DNA of 64,000 bases from Eledone cirrhosa. Taxonomy: Eukaryota. Below are positions 17,716-29,420 of the stretch, in pieces. The DNA is taken from contig CAXHJY010000656.1 of assembly GCA_964016885.1 (NCBI GenBank), positions 1 through 64,000 of the forward strand. The letters are read 5' to 3'. The notes beneath the pieces were generated by a model. That model was given only the letters and a program-made list of their open reading frames with translations. It had not been told where the DNA came from and searched no databases. A program made the translations under genes and the position numbers. Numbering within the stretch: the first letter of the stretch is position 1; each line of letters begins with the position of its first letter.

Positions 17716-18662
17716 TTAGTTTCATTGTTTTATTTTTTTGGCGATATTTTTGTTAGTTTCTTGTTTTTTTTTAGTTTCTTTTTTTTTGGCGTTTTTTGCC
17801 AGGTTTTTTTTATAGATTTATTTATTTTTAACGTTTTTGTTAGTTTTTGTTTTGTTTTTATGTCACAAACATTGCTCTCCGACGCTCTACCGATAATAGT
17901 AAGTATTAGTGGTTGTAATAAAAATGCAATCAAAATGTAATAAATACCTTCACTGATTTCTTTCCTTATATTATCAACAGAAGTTGGTATGTCACCCAAA
18001 GTTTCTAATATCTTCTCCACAGTAAGACAAATATCCATGTGTAGTTGAAGAGGATAAGTATGAAAGAACAGTCTTTGGTAAAGTGTTCTATGAATGTTTT
18101 CGAACGAATGAATAATTTCAGTTTAAAATCAATTTCACTTAAACTTGTTTGGGTATTTTCCACGAATTGGCATAACTAGCTCCCTGCTAAAGGTGAAATA
18201 ACATAGTTCTGTTATCTTATAATTGATTTGTATATAAGTTAAAGTGAAATTGATTTTAAACTGAAATTATTCATTCATTCGAAAACATTCATAGAACACT
18301 GTACCAAAGACTGTTCTTTCATACTTATCCTCTTCAACTACATATGGATATTTGTCTTACTGTGGAGAAGGAATTAGAAACTTTGGGTGACATACCAACT
18401 TCTGTTGATAATATAAGGAAAGAAATCAGTGAAGGTATTTATTACATTTTGATTGCATTTTTATTACAACCACTAATACTTACTATTATCGGTAGAGCGT
18501 CGGAGAGCAATGTTTGTGACATAAAAACTAACAAAAACGTTAAAAATAAATAAATAAATCTATAAAAAAAAACCTGGCAAAAAACGCCAAAAAAAAAGAA
18601 ACTAAAAAAACCCCAAGAAACTAACAAAAATATCGCCAAAAAAACAAAACAATGAAACTAAC
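17716..18662. repeat. ~430-bp inverted repeat (17716-18146 / 18236-18662) with ~90-bp spacer inside the hAT element
   Basis: Same peptide MDICLTVEK(I/E)LETLGDIPTSVDNIRKEISEG on opposite strands (17730-18038 - and 18344-18553 +); arms align by eye. Confidence 0.92.
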
Positions 18663-19754
18663 AAAAACGTTTCAAATAAATAAATAAATCTATATTTCTT
18701 TTAACGGCTAAAAAAAAGGGAATGTAAATTTGTTGGAATAGCCTCATTTCAGCAGCCAGCAGCGAAGTTATTTAGCCTCATAGCAGCGAACAGCGAAGTT
18801 ATTTAGCCCTAGGCATGGGGGAGGTATTTTTGGATATCGCCCAAATTACAATTTTTTTTTTTTTTTTGCAAGCGCCCAGTCGGCAGGGGCCCAGTCGGCA
18901 TTTGCCACCTTCGCTACCTGTTAAATCCGCCACTGCTCACCCCGTCATAGACCCTATAAACACACACCTTTACCTGTGTGTGTGTGTGTGTGTGTGTATC
19001 GTATGGCACCCATAGGAAACACACATCTGCATAGAAAACTCTCTGCTCCTCTTTCTTTGTTACAGCCGGTGTGTGTTCAGAGAGGGAGATGGATAATTGT
19101 GATGCTTCTCTTGAATGAAATTGGGTAAAGGATAGCCTTGTAATGCATGCCACCATCTCTTCCAAGTTCAACGTTGTCCCAACTATGTAAATCTTGTGGC
19201 ATTCTTTTTTCTTTTTTAGTCTCTTTTATGTACCACGATAATTCTGTAACCTCCAGCCACAAATTGTTAAACATTGTCAAACTTAATTTCAATTAAATCA
19301 TCGGCCTGAAATTTTTATTAGGGTCCTTACATATTATTTACTGGAAAAATATTAAATTGGGGCTTCTGGGTTCAGTCAAACCACCCCTCCTAACCGATAG
19401 TCTTGTATATTTTCCCCCATTCAAGAATTGGTACATTTTATCCAATGTGTTCCCACAGTTCCCGACTACCCAGTTTCACTGATAAGGTTCGGGTTAGTCA
19501 AGCTGAGGCTATGATAGAAAACTTGAGTGATTTGTCATTTCGCTCAATGTTTTTAAATTCAAATTACTATTTTCCAAAAATTATGCGTATGTATGTAAAA
19601 GCCAATTTATTGTCCTAGTGGTTAATATATATGCTTCTCTAATGAGTTCCAAATATACTAGAACATGTCCTTTGTTGTCAGTCTCCGGTAACAAACGCCA
19701 GATTTTCTTTTAAGTGTGAAAATGAATTTTTATAATAAACTTTGTAGATAAACC

Positions 19755-19853
19755 CGATTAAATCAACACGAGTGTACCACTGGTACTTTATTTTAGCAAC
19801 CCCGTAAGGATGAAAGACAATGCTAACCTCAGCAGAATTTGAACTCAGAATGT
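19755..19853 (-). mobile_element. SINE family 1 fragment (diverged)
   Basis: CTGGTACTTTATTTT..CCCCGTAAGGATGAAAG..AATTTGAACTCAGA. Confidence 0.75.
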
Positions 19854-20035
19854 ATAATAAATATAAATCTCACTATATACCTTCACATACATCTCTATTA
19901 TGAATCACGCTATGTTAGTACTACTGCTAATTAATCAAGCATGCACAATATACAAATGAACTTCAGCCGACGTTTTATACGAAAAAAAGTATGTTACAGT
20001 TTATCCTCGTTTCAGTAGCAAGTGAGTAAACGTTA

Positions 20036-20074
20036 CTGATGATGGATAAAACATCCTGAAATACTAGTGTCCGT
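20036..20074 (+). ncRNA. Degenerate minimal hammerhead-ribozyme-like motif
   Basis: CTGATGA, GGAT/ATCC stem II, GAAA, short stem III around palindromic ACTAGT, GTC; stem I pairing is poor. Confidence 0.45.
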
Positions 20075-20259
20075 CATTCCAACACGGCTTCTGAGATAGC
20101 TATGACATGATAACATCTTAAGACACTCACGGCGAGACTTGTATATGTTTATAATACATAAACATCGTTGAAATGTTGGATACCACTTTTTCTGTTCATT
20201 GGGTATTTCACTCGATTTTCTAAAGCTCTTTTCTGCGTTTGGATTTCAATTCATTCAAA

Positions 20260-20295
<36 letters not shown>

Positions 20296-20306
20296 TATAT
20301 ATATAT

Positions 20307-20488
20307 AACTGTTTCTACTTTTGGCACAAGGCCAGCAATTACCTAGTACATTACTGGTACTTTATTTTATCGACCCCGTAAGGATGAAAGGCAAAGTTAA
20401 CCTCGACGGGATTTGAACTCAGACCGTAAAGGGACGTAACTATGCTGGAAAGCATGGCGTCCGACTCTCTACCGATGCTGCCAATCCA
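20307..20488 (-). mobile_element. SINE family 1, near full length
   Basis: Reverse complement of the 13958-14151 copy including A and B boxes. Confidence 0.9.
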
Positions 20489-20792
20489 ATAACGAAGGAG
20501 GTGTGGTAAGAACCAGATGGACCATAACGCACCAGAGTACTCAATACTTAGGATAGTAGAGTGGGTAATAGGAAAATGGAGGTCAAACATTTTCATATAT
20601 ATAGGAAAAAGTATGACCCCGACGGCAGAGCTCATGCCGTTTCGACGGCTATTTCTGGAAATAGCCGTCGAAACGGCTTGAGCTCTGCCGTCGGGGTCAT
20701 ACTTTTTCCTATTTCCCACTCTACTATCCTTAGTATTGAGTACTCTGGTGCGTTATGGTCCATCTGGTTCCTTACCACAATTCCTTTGTTAT
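20489..20792. mobile_element. ~300-bp palindromic element; probable inverted Penelope-like terminal repeats
   Basis: Outer arms 20489-20575 / ~20705-20792 and near-perfect inner hairpin 20611-20712 centred on 20656-20657; homologous to 9245-9422. Confidence 0.62.
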
Positions 20793-21028
20793 ATATATAG
20801 TCACACTCTACTATCTCAAGTTTCGAATACTCTGTTGAATAATGGTCTAACTAGTTTAATCTTGATATATACAATACACACAGAACAGTTGCCCTTGCCC
20901 ACTTTCCTTTGGGTTCCATGAATACTAAATGAACATTTTAGATCGATTTTCTTTTCTTTTTTTGTGAGCATCGGGTTTGTGTGACAGGCAGCCAAAAGTA
21001 TTCCATGCAATTATTGAACATTCTAAAT

Positions 21029-23781
21029 TAATAATAATAATGAAATTATTGTGTAAAGTGCTCAGGTGCACCACAACTCGTCAATATAGTACATAGAATA
21101 ATACACAAATGTCAAGGAAGTACATGTGTGTATGTGTTAGCTGTAGTGTTGGCGGATCTCGGGAAGCATGGAGGCTTTAAAGGATGCAGTGTCTCGACGG
21201 CTAACAACTGATGCAGGTAGTTTGTTCCATGCTTCAGCAACTCTGAGCGTGAAAAAATGTTTCCGAAAGTCATGGGAACTGTGCTGTTTTCTTACTTTGT
21301 GGGCATGTCCACGTGTGTTAGACACATGGAAATCGAAAAGGCACTCAGGGTTGTTGTTGGCAACATGGTTAACAATTTTGTGGGTGTTTACCAAGTCAGT
21401 TGCCAGGCGTCGGAGCTTCAATGAATCCATGCCCAGGGAAGCAAGGCGCTCAGAGTATGGTAGATGCCTGATGGAGGGTATTCGCTTGGTTGCACGTCTC
21501 TGAACAGTTTCCAGGCGGTCAATGTCCTGAGCAAGATAGGGGTTCCAGACTGGTGATGCAAATTCTAAGTGTGGTCGCACCATAGCTGTATACAGCCTTA
21601 AATAGATATCTGGAGAGCGGCTGACAAAGGTCTTGCTGAGTGATGCTAAGACACCCTCGGCCCTCTTGACAATTTTAGAGACGTGCCTCGTCCAACGCAA
21701 ATCGCTGCTGACCGTAATGCCTAGGTCACGTTCACAGGAAGACTTCTTGATATTAGTGCTGTGGAGGGAGTATGTGGACGCTGGGTTTTTACTCCCAAAA
21801 TGCATGGTGGTGCACTTGTCCACAGCTAGCTTGAGTTGCCAGTCTGAGATCCATTGTTGCATTGTGTCCAGGTCAGACTGCAAGCAGGATCTATAGTGTT
21901 TAGGATCTGTCCTTTTTAGCTCAAGGTACAGCTTGATGTCGTCTGCGTACTTTAGTACTGTGGCATTCCTTAAGTTGGCATCTATGTCATTAATATATGC
22001 CACAAACAAAAGGGGGCCAAGAACAGATCCCTGTGGTACACCAGATGACATCTCATATGGTGAGGAATGCTGTCCCAGAACCGTGACTACCTCTCTTCGA
22101 CTGCGAATGAAGGACTTCAACCAGTTAAAAAGATCATCCTTCACACCCATTGCAGAGAGTTTTGCCATAAGCCTTTTGTGTGGCACAGAATTGAAGGCTT
22201 TCGCAAAGTCAAGGTAAACAACATCCACCCATGAGCCGCCATCAGTGATCCGGGTGATGTCCTCAAGAAACTCTATAAGTTGATCACAGCAGCTGGAGTT
22301 GGGGATAAATCCAAATTGCGAGGGCCGGATAAGACTGTGAGAGCTCCAGAAGTTCCAAAGTGTTTCCCTGACACAGGATTCCATCAGTTTGGTGATGCAA
22401 CTAGTAAGACTGACTGGACGATAGTTCACAGGTGATGTGCGGTCACCCTTTTTGAACAGAGGAATGACACTGGCAGTTTTCCACTGTTCTGGAGTAGCAC
22501 TGTTGTTCAGACAGAATTGGAAGAAGCGTGATAACTGGTGTAGAAGGAAGTACCCACCACGTTTAAGAAGCAGGTACGTAACACCATCAAGACCAGGAGA
22601 GGCATGGTTGCGTTTATTTTTTAGGTGATGTCGCAGCATTGCAGGTGTAAATTCCATGGTTGTAATAGAGTCCAGTGTCATAGGTGGTGGAGATGGCACA
22701 CTCTGGTCTTCAATAGTGAAAATGCCTGCATAGCATTCAGCAATGAGCTCTGCGCATTCCTTGGGGTCGTCAATAACCTGGCTTGTGTGGGGATTGCGAA
22801 GAGGACCAACTGGAGAGTGAGGCCTCTGCTTTGAGTGAACATACTTCCAGAACACCTTACTGTCAGGGCTGGTTGCTATGCGCTGCTCAAATTGAAGCAC
22901 TGCCTTTTTTGTCACCTGTTTGAGGTGGTTGGACGATCTATTTCGCCTCTTCCTATTAATGTCTGATTTGTGAAGTTTGTACTCACGTTCAGCATTGCGC
23001 CGTTCTTTTCTGGCAAGACGGACTGCTGCAGTCTCCCAAATTGCGCTTTTGGGATGTTTTTTCTGCTTACGTGGCACCAATGCTGCACATGCTGTCCATA
23101 TTGAGCTCAGGATGTTCTGGAGTACAGTGTTGACATCCTCAGAGTCGTAGAACTCAAGCCAGTTTGGCCGTTGCAACTCGGTGCAGTAATAGTTCCAGTC
23201 TGCTTTATTCCAGTCAAAGTGAGCAGTTTGGAGATGGTTGTGGTTCTTGTTACTGCCCATGAGGGATAGATTGGCAATGATCATAGCATGATCAGAGTCA
23301 CCTAAAGGTTCCTCAGCAGTAACACTAATGACCGTTTCAGGAATAGTGGTGAAGAGTAGGTCCAAAGTGTTGTCACCTCTCGTTGGGGAGGTGACCACCT
23401 GGGACCAACTCGAGTCCAGCACCAGCTCAAGGAAGTCATTCGCACTTGGCGGCCAACGAAAGGTCTCCCAGTCAATCTCAGGGTGATTGAAGTCACCTGC
23501 AATGAAAACATAAGTGGCTGTCTTCCTGGCAGCAGCACTGAGGATATCACAAAGTTGAGTGTCCTGATGGTAATTTGGGGGACGGTAAACGACTCCAAGT
23601 AGCAGTGTTGACATGGTCATACGTATATCGCAGAAAAAAACTTCCTGCTGTGATTGGTTCAAATCAGCACAAGGAATTGCCGACAGATTTGACCGAACGT
23701 AGACCATTACACCACCACCACCACGATTAATGCGGTCTTTACGAAACAGGTTGTAGCCAGTCATGCTGAAAACCCCATCGC
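21029..23781 (-). mobile_element. CR1-group LINE, 5'-truncated within the endonuclease, (ATT)n tail
   Basis: Contains the 875-aa ORF; short 3' UTR ending at TAATAATAATAATG on the + strand. Confidence 0.93.
21137..23764 (-). CDS. LINE ORF2: partial apurinic-type endonuclease plus reverse transcriptase
   Basis: RKDR..GGGV, YRPP, GDFN, TLDL, SDH (APE); NYRPVSLT, YLDFAKAF, GVPQGSVLGPLLF, YADD, RDLGI, RPHLEFASPVWNP (RT); no stops or frameshifts, but APE N-terminal motifs are missing. Confidence 0.92.
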   Translation of the reverse strand: MTGYNLFRKDRINRGGGGVMVYVRSNLSAIPCADLNQSQQEVFFCDIRMTMSTLLLGVVYRPPNYHQDTQLCDILSAAARKTATYVFIAGDFNHPEIDWETFRWPPSANDFLELVLDSSWSQVVTSPTRGDNTLDLLFTTIPETVISVTAEEPLGDSDHAMIIANLSLMGSNKNHNHLQTAHFDWNKADWNYYCTELQRPNWLEFYDSEDVNTVLQNILSSIWTACAALVPRKQKKHPKSAIWETAAVRLARKERRNAEREYKLHKSDINRKRRNRSSNHLKQVTKKAVLQFEQRIATSPDSKVFWKYVHSKQRPHSPVGPLRNPHTSQVIDDPKECAELIAECYAGIFTIEDQSVPSPPPMTLDSITTMEFTPAMLRHHLKNKRNHASPGLDGVTYLLLKRGGYFLLHQLSRFFQFCLNNSATPEQWKTASVIPLFKKGDRTSPVNYRPVSLTSCITKLMESCVRETLWNFWSSHSLIRPSQFGFIPNSSCCDQLIEFLEDITRITDGGSWVDVVYLDFAKAFNSVPHKRLMAKLSAMGVKDDLFNWLKSFIRSRREVVTVLGQHSSPYEMSSGVPQGSVLGPLLFVAYINDIDANLRNATVLKYADDIKLYLELKRTDPKHYRSCLQSDLDTMQQWISDWQLKLAVDKCTTMHFGSKNPASTYSLHSTNIKKSSCERDLGITVSSDLRWTRHVSKIVKRAEGVLASLSKTFVSRSPDIYLRLYTAMVRPHLEFASPVWNPYLAQDIDRLETVQRRATKRIPSIRHLPYSERLASLGMDSLKLRRLATDLVNTHKIVNHVANNNPECLFDFHVSNTRGHAHKVRKQHSSHDFRKHFFTLRVAEAWNKLPASVVSRRDTASFKASMLPEIRQHYS

Positions 23782-23849
23782 AGAGTAAGGGATGTGCTGT
23801 ATTGAAATTATCTCCCCTTCCTTTTCAAATCTATAACGATGTTTGTTCA

Positions 23850-23920
23850 GGGTTGTGCGCAGTGGGATCGAACCTGGAACTACGATTGAGAAGCGGACAT
23901 CTTAACCATTTGTCCCGCTT
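23850..23920 (-). mobile_element. tRNA-derived SINE head remnant
   Basis: GGGATCGAACC (reverse B box) and CTTAACCA (reverse A-box-like) with tRNA-like spacing. Confidence 0.5.
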
Positions 23921-24574
23921 GCTGCTTTCTGTTGATTATATGCTGAAGCTTTCTTGGGAATAGTTTGTTTGTCGGCCGCGGAAGAACATTTTTCAACATT
24001 GTGTTATGGTCAGCTTAAGTGAAGGGGCGTAACTCCGTGTACTTAAGTTATTTGATTACAGCTATTCCGGGACACTGCTTTTAAGGACTTTAGTCTATCG
24101 TATCGACTCTAGTATTTACTTTTTCAAGTTTGGTTTTCTCCCTTAACCATTCAGTCAGGCTTGAAGCTATGTTTATAATTTTTGTAGATTTGTATTTTTT
24201 AAATGTAGATTTGTTTTCGTTGACAGTTTCGGAATAAGCACCGCCATCCGTGACTTAATTAATTAATAATAATTATTTTAAAATTTCTACGTATTTCTGT
24301 TTTAGACCCCAAAACACTTACATCAGCAGTAACTGTTTTCTTTTATAGTTTAAGAGTTTAAATTTACCCAACCTTTAAAACAATCAAATCAACCATTTCT
24401 TCCTACAAGTTCTTCCTCACAATCACCATCACTTATTGCATATGTAACTTTTTAATTACTGTCACTTTAAACCTAGGTTAATAAGTGAATCTGCTGATAC
24501 TTAATCCTATAACCAAATCTATATCTAGATATAATATAAAAGATGTTTATTGGTTGGTTGAATCACACGAAAAC

Positions 24575-24748
24575 TACTCACACATATACACACTCACACT
24601 CACACACATACACACTCACACACATGCACACTCACACACATACACACTCACACCCACACTCACACACACACACACTCACCCCCCCCCCCCCCAAAAAAAA
24701 CAGAGAGACAGAAAGAGAGATAGACCGTTATACAGAGAGAGAGAGTGA
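24575..24748. repeat. (CA)n, poly-C and (AG)n low-complexity tract
   Basis: Directly visible. Confidence 0.9.
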
Positions 24749-26447
24749 TACCCCAGAAAAGAAACGGCTTAAACTATAGATCCTTTCTCTATAGGAAGGT
24801 TTAACAATATTGCGTTAGGTTTTATAAAGTCTTTTTAGAGTCTTTGATTTTACAGAACAAAGAAAAATTGATACTATTTGAAATTAATCTACCCTCCAGC
24901 TTTTATTCATATACTACTTACAGACTGTACTAACGAAGCTAAACACTTCAGAAGCAATGTTATGCGGTATATTGCTGTGTTTCAGATGACGTCCTTTGGA
25001 GCTGAAAAAGATCATACTGACTATGGTTATTTCACATTTAAAATCTAAGCCCAATGCTACCATTTAATCGACAGTTTACTCCCCCAGCCTAATAAGGAAG
25101 TTTTATGATTGTTTTGTTTATGTCTCTCTCACACACATTACAGTCTCACCTCATACCAGACAACACATCCACACATCCAATACAGTTGTTTTCTTTTATC
25201 CATCTTCTCTTAACTATTATCCTCGGCGAAGCTGGGTACCTCAGCTAGTTACCAATAGGCTTTCTATTTCAATAATTAAACCTCTGCCTTGCTTTAGTAA
25301 TAAATGTAGATTTATTGAACCAAAAGCCTTTTAAACACTCCATTATTCTCACTACTCTATTTTTACTCGTTTCGCTCATTAGACTGCGGTCATGCTGGGA
25401 CACTGCAGTGAAGGGATTTTATCGGCTTTATCAGCCCCACTGTTGTATTTAGTTAATCAATTTCTTTGCCAAACTGCAATATTATTGAACAAACAGTAAA
25501 TGTATCTCTGCATGCACACACTGCATTGGTCAACCTGAGTTTACAGTAGAAGGCTCGCAAGGTACCATACAGTGGAACTGAATTTGAAACCATGGGGTTG
25601 AGAATTGAATTCTTGAACCACACGTGATTGTTGATCTGATTGTAGCTATACAATACTTGGTGTTTCACCTATCTTCTCTTCTTCGCCCACCTGAGAGTGT
25701 CATGGGGGAAGAGTCATTAAACATTCCTTCACCTATCTTTGCACTTAATTTCAATCACCATTGCTTTTTCTCTTGTCTTTGGTACAACACTGTTTCTTGT
25801 ATCTGTTCAACCAAATTGTTGGACATCCAACAACGAGTGTTCCTGTTGTTTGATCAACAGCTTCCTCATGAAATTAAAATGAAAGTGGCTGAGCAGTCCA
25901 CAAATATATATTCTTAACATAGTTCTCAGGGAGATTCAATGTGACAGTATATATCAAGGCTAACCATTTGATTTATGGCAAGATGCTGCCAAAAATCAGA
26001 CTCACAGCTATACGATTGTGAACTGAACAACCTAACCAATAAGCCATACTCTTGAGTAAAAGCTAAGTACATAGAAGACTATTTTATGGAATACATCCTT
26101 TTTTTTTAAAGAGTAGTGTGTATGACTTGAGTGATTTGGCTTCTATTTCTAGCAAATCTATTGACCATAGAAGTTCCAGTGTCAAAGTTATTTTAGTCAC
26201 TTTTTTAATACAGTATTGAAAGAATGAAAGTATCGGATAATGAAAATTCTTGTAATAATTTATATTATTTTACCTTAAAATATTCTAAACAGTAAACATA
26301 GCAGTGTTAAGTTTGAGTTGAAAAATAGACTGTTGCATACTTTTTCTTTCAAAAAATCCAAGTCTCTCTCTCTCATCCACAGCTTTGTTACGATTTGGTG
26401 GTGAATATTGAATATTAGTTATTCTTTCTAGAAAACAACTAGTAAAA

Positions 26448-26545
26448 ATAACTGGTATTTTATTTTATCAACCCCAGAAGGATGAAAGGTGAAGTGGACA
26501 TTAGAAAGATTTGAATTCAGAATATAAAGAGCTGGAATAAATACC
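26448..26545 (-). mobile_element. SINE family 1 relative (old)
   Basis: CTGGTATTTTATTTTATCAACCCCAGAAGGATGAAAGG..GATTTGAATTCAGAA. Confidence 0.7.
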
Positions 26546-26614
26546 TAAACACACTTTGTTTTTAAGATTTTTGTCCCAGCGCTAAACATTTTCAAAGTCC
26601 AAAGTCTGTCTCAG

Positions 26615-26830
26615 ACTGGTGCTTATTGTGGCATCAAGCAACTGGGAGTAGAAGACTTCTTCCTGGACAGGATGCCAGTCCATCACAGGTTTAAACCCCC
26701 ATCTATTGCTGGTATACATTTTCAGTTGTGTATACTGGAGCAACATGAAAGGAAGTGTTTTTGCTCAAGGAATTGAACCCATGACATTATGATCATAAAT
26801 CCAACACCCTTGCCACTAGGCTACATGCCT
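26615..26830 (-). mobile_element. SINE family 2 (old, CORE-like); related copy at 37888-38110 (+)
   Basis: CTGGAGCAA..TGAAA..AAGTGTTTTTGCTCAA and GGACAGGATGCCAGTCCATCAC match the reverse complement of 37888-38110; GAATTGAACCC reverse B box. Confidence 0.6.
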
Positions 26831-27686
26831 TTACAACATTCTTAACATTCTGAGTTCAAAAATTTTCTTCCCTGGCTACCAAAGAAACTAATACCTAGAA
26901 ATCTCTATTGATGCTTGTTTGTAATGTCTTCCTTTTTGTCAGTCAATGTTTTCTTTGTGTCATATTTGTATGTTTTGGGCAGTTGTGTATGGATATTTGC
27001 ATGAATGTATGATGTGATCTTATTGGTGGTATGTTTGTATTAATGCATTGTGTGCTTGTGTGTCTCATTGACACAGACATGGTTATGTAATTAATAAGTT
27101 TGCTTTGTAACCATATGGTTCTGGGCTCAATCACACCTATACTATAATCCTTGGTTGATCAATAGCTTGTTAAAGAAATTTGCTAGATAGATTTTTTTTT
27201 TTTTTTTTATTTTTTTTTTTTACTGTTTAGTCAGGGAAAGAAAGGGAGGGTCTTTGTGGCTGTTGAGTTGGAGGAGAAAGGTACCCACCATCTGCCAGGG
27301 ACCTGGCCTAAATACTTGAAACACAGGGGACTTTGTTAAAGGTACTCAAGGGCTAGGTGGTGATGCTTTAACGAAGTGGTGAATTATATCTAGAATCCTA
27401 TTTCCAATTTTGTAGAAGACTGTTTACCCACATGCTATATATACCCATGAAGAGACAAGTGAGAGCCTTTCTTGAGTGGAAGCCAAAGGAAAGACATAGG
27501 AAGCAAGGCAGATCTAGTTGTGGTCTATAGAGTTGGACCTGGCCTTGGTGCAGGTTTTTGACAAGGCTTGTAACTGTGCTGGATGGAAATCTTCATTGCT
27601 CAATGCTTCAAATGAAGCAGGAGGAACTAATTAACTATATGTCTAGTTGAAGAAATCTTATTGAAACTGAATAGAAAAAATTTGTT

Positions 27687-29108
27687 TCATCATCATCATC
27701 ATTTAACGTCCATCTTCCACGCTTGCATGGGTTTGGACGGGAGTTTTCCCACTTGAGGCAAGAGTGGTTGTCTTGCTCGCATAGGACTGTCTGGCGGGTT
27801 TTCTACGGCTGGATGCCCTTCCTAACACCAACCGCATTTACAGTGTGGAACTGAGAGGTTTTTACTGTGTTACCTACATGGCCACATTACAGCGTGGACT
27901 GTGTGTTTTTTTGTTGTGACACCTACACGACCTCATTTGTTTCGGGCTGGATGTTGTGGTACCAACATAACTTTACATTGAAAGGGGTGGTGTGGATGGG
28001 GTGGGGGTAGTGGGACGGGGGTTTATTTTTGTAAGAGGTGCCTACTGACTGTAGGTTTCGCTTTGTACTTATGCAAGGCGGATCTTCTCTATTACTGAGT
28101 ACCGCCAAAGATCTCGGTCCAGTGACATTGTCTTAGAGAGGTGAAAGTGTGTGAGGTCGGAATTTATCAAATCGTCCCAGGTTTTTCTGGGTCTGCCTAC
28201 TCCGTAGCTACCGTCTATTTTTATCGCCCTGCACTTTTTTATACAGCTGTCGTCTTTCATGCGCATCACGTGACCGTACCAACGTAGTCTTCTCTCGAGT
28301 AAACAACATCCGATCCCTCTTATTCCTAATTTCTCCCTTAGTTCGTTTATGCTTTGCCATTCACGTATATTACTATTACACATCCAGCGGAGCATGCAAG
28401 CTTCATTCCTCTCCAGTCTGCGTATATCCTCTGCACAGAATGCCCAGGTCTCACTGCCATGCAACATTGCTGTTCGTATGCAGGCATCATACAGCCTGCC
28501 TTTCATTTTTAGGGAGAACCCTTTAGCGGCCAATAGTGGTATAAGCTCTCGGAACTTTTTCCATCCCGTTCTGACTCTAGCTACTGTACTTTCAGAGCCC
28601 CTCCCCCACTGCTGATTTCGTCACCCAGGTAACGGAAGCTGTCAACTATTTCTATAGAACCATCTGTGCAATGGAATGAGCACCGGCCACATATAAAATC
28701 TATATTCTTAGTTAGCTTACCTGTGATCCCACTATATCTTTTATGCACCCATACTTTGCATTTGGGACATAAAATGGAGTTTCTACCTACTCCTTTCCTA
28801 CACACTGAGCATGGCCATTTCCCAGATGGGAGTGGTGCCCTATTTTCCTTCCTACAAACTAGAACTTTAGTCTTAGACAAGTTAGCTTTAAGGCCTTTTG
28901 ATTCTAGGCCATGCTTCTATGTTTGGAATTTCTTTTCTAGTTCAGCCATTGATTCAGCTATGAGCATTAGATCATCTGCATATAGGAGTCCCCATGGGCA
29001 GCCGGTCTTGAACTCCTCTGTTATAGCCTGAAGGGCAATAATAAATAGTAGGGGGCTAAGAACGGAGCCCTGATGAACACCAACTTTTACGCTAAACTCT
29101 TCACTATA
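27687..29108 (-). mobile_element. RTE LINE family A, 5'-truncated, degenerate
   Basis: (CAT)n tail, shared 3' UTR, broken ORFs with [22 protein letters not shown] region (one Cys to Tyr), RRLRWYGHV. Confidence 0.92.
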
Positions 29109-29129
29109 GTGTGTAATATTTTGGAATTC

Positions 29130-29420
29130 ATCACCAGGCATATCCAGCTATAGAAACCATGTCAAACAAAGAACAAAAAGAACTCTTCAGTTGTGTCAAC
29201 TACATGATACACTCCTTAGTGCTGGTGTCAAAATAAAATGGACAGAGTACAGTCTGTAAAGTGGTTGACATTAAGGTCATCTGTCTGTGGAAATCATACT
29301 AAAATTGGAATATATGTGAGATGTGTTCCCTAGTTCCTTGGCCGGTGTAGGGGTTAAGTACTGACTTGGCCTGTAATGACTTGTCTTACCCATGCTAGCG
29401 TGAAAAAACTGACATAACAA
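29130..29420 (+). mobile_element. Old RTE 3'-UTR-related remnant
   Basis: ATCCAGCTATAGAAA, CTGTAAAGTGGTTG and ACCCATGCTAGCGTG..AACTGAC match the family B 3' UTR (7090-7290). Confidence 0.55.

Larger units (their letters stand above)
15756..18935 (-). mobile_element. hAT DNA transposon, non-autonomous (defective transposase)
   Basis: 15-bp perfect TIR CAGTGGCGGATTTAA (15756-15770 / 18921-18935); perfect 8-bp TSD CTCACCCC (15748-15755 / 18936-18943); subterminal CCCAGTCGGCA motifs at both ends. Confidence 0.96.
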
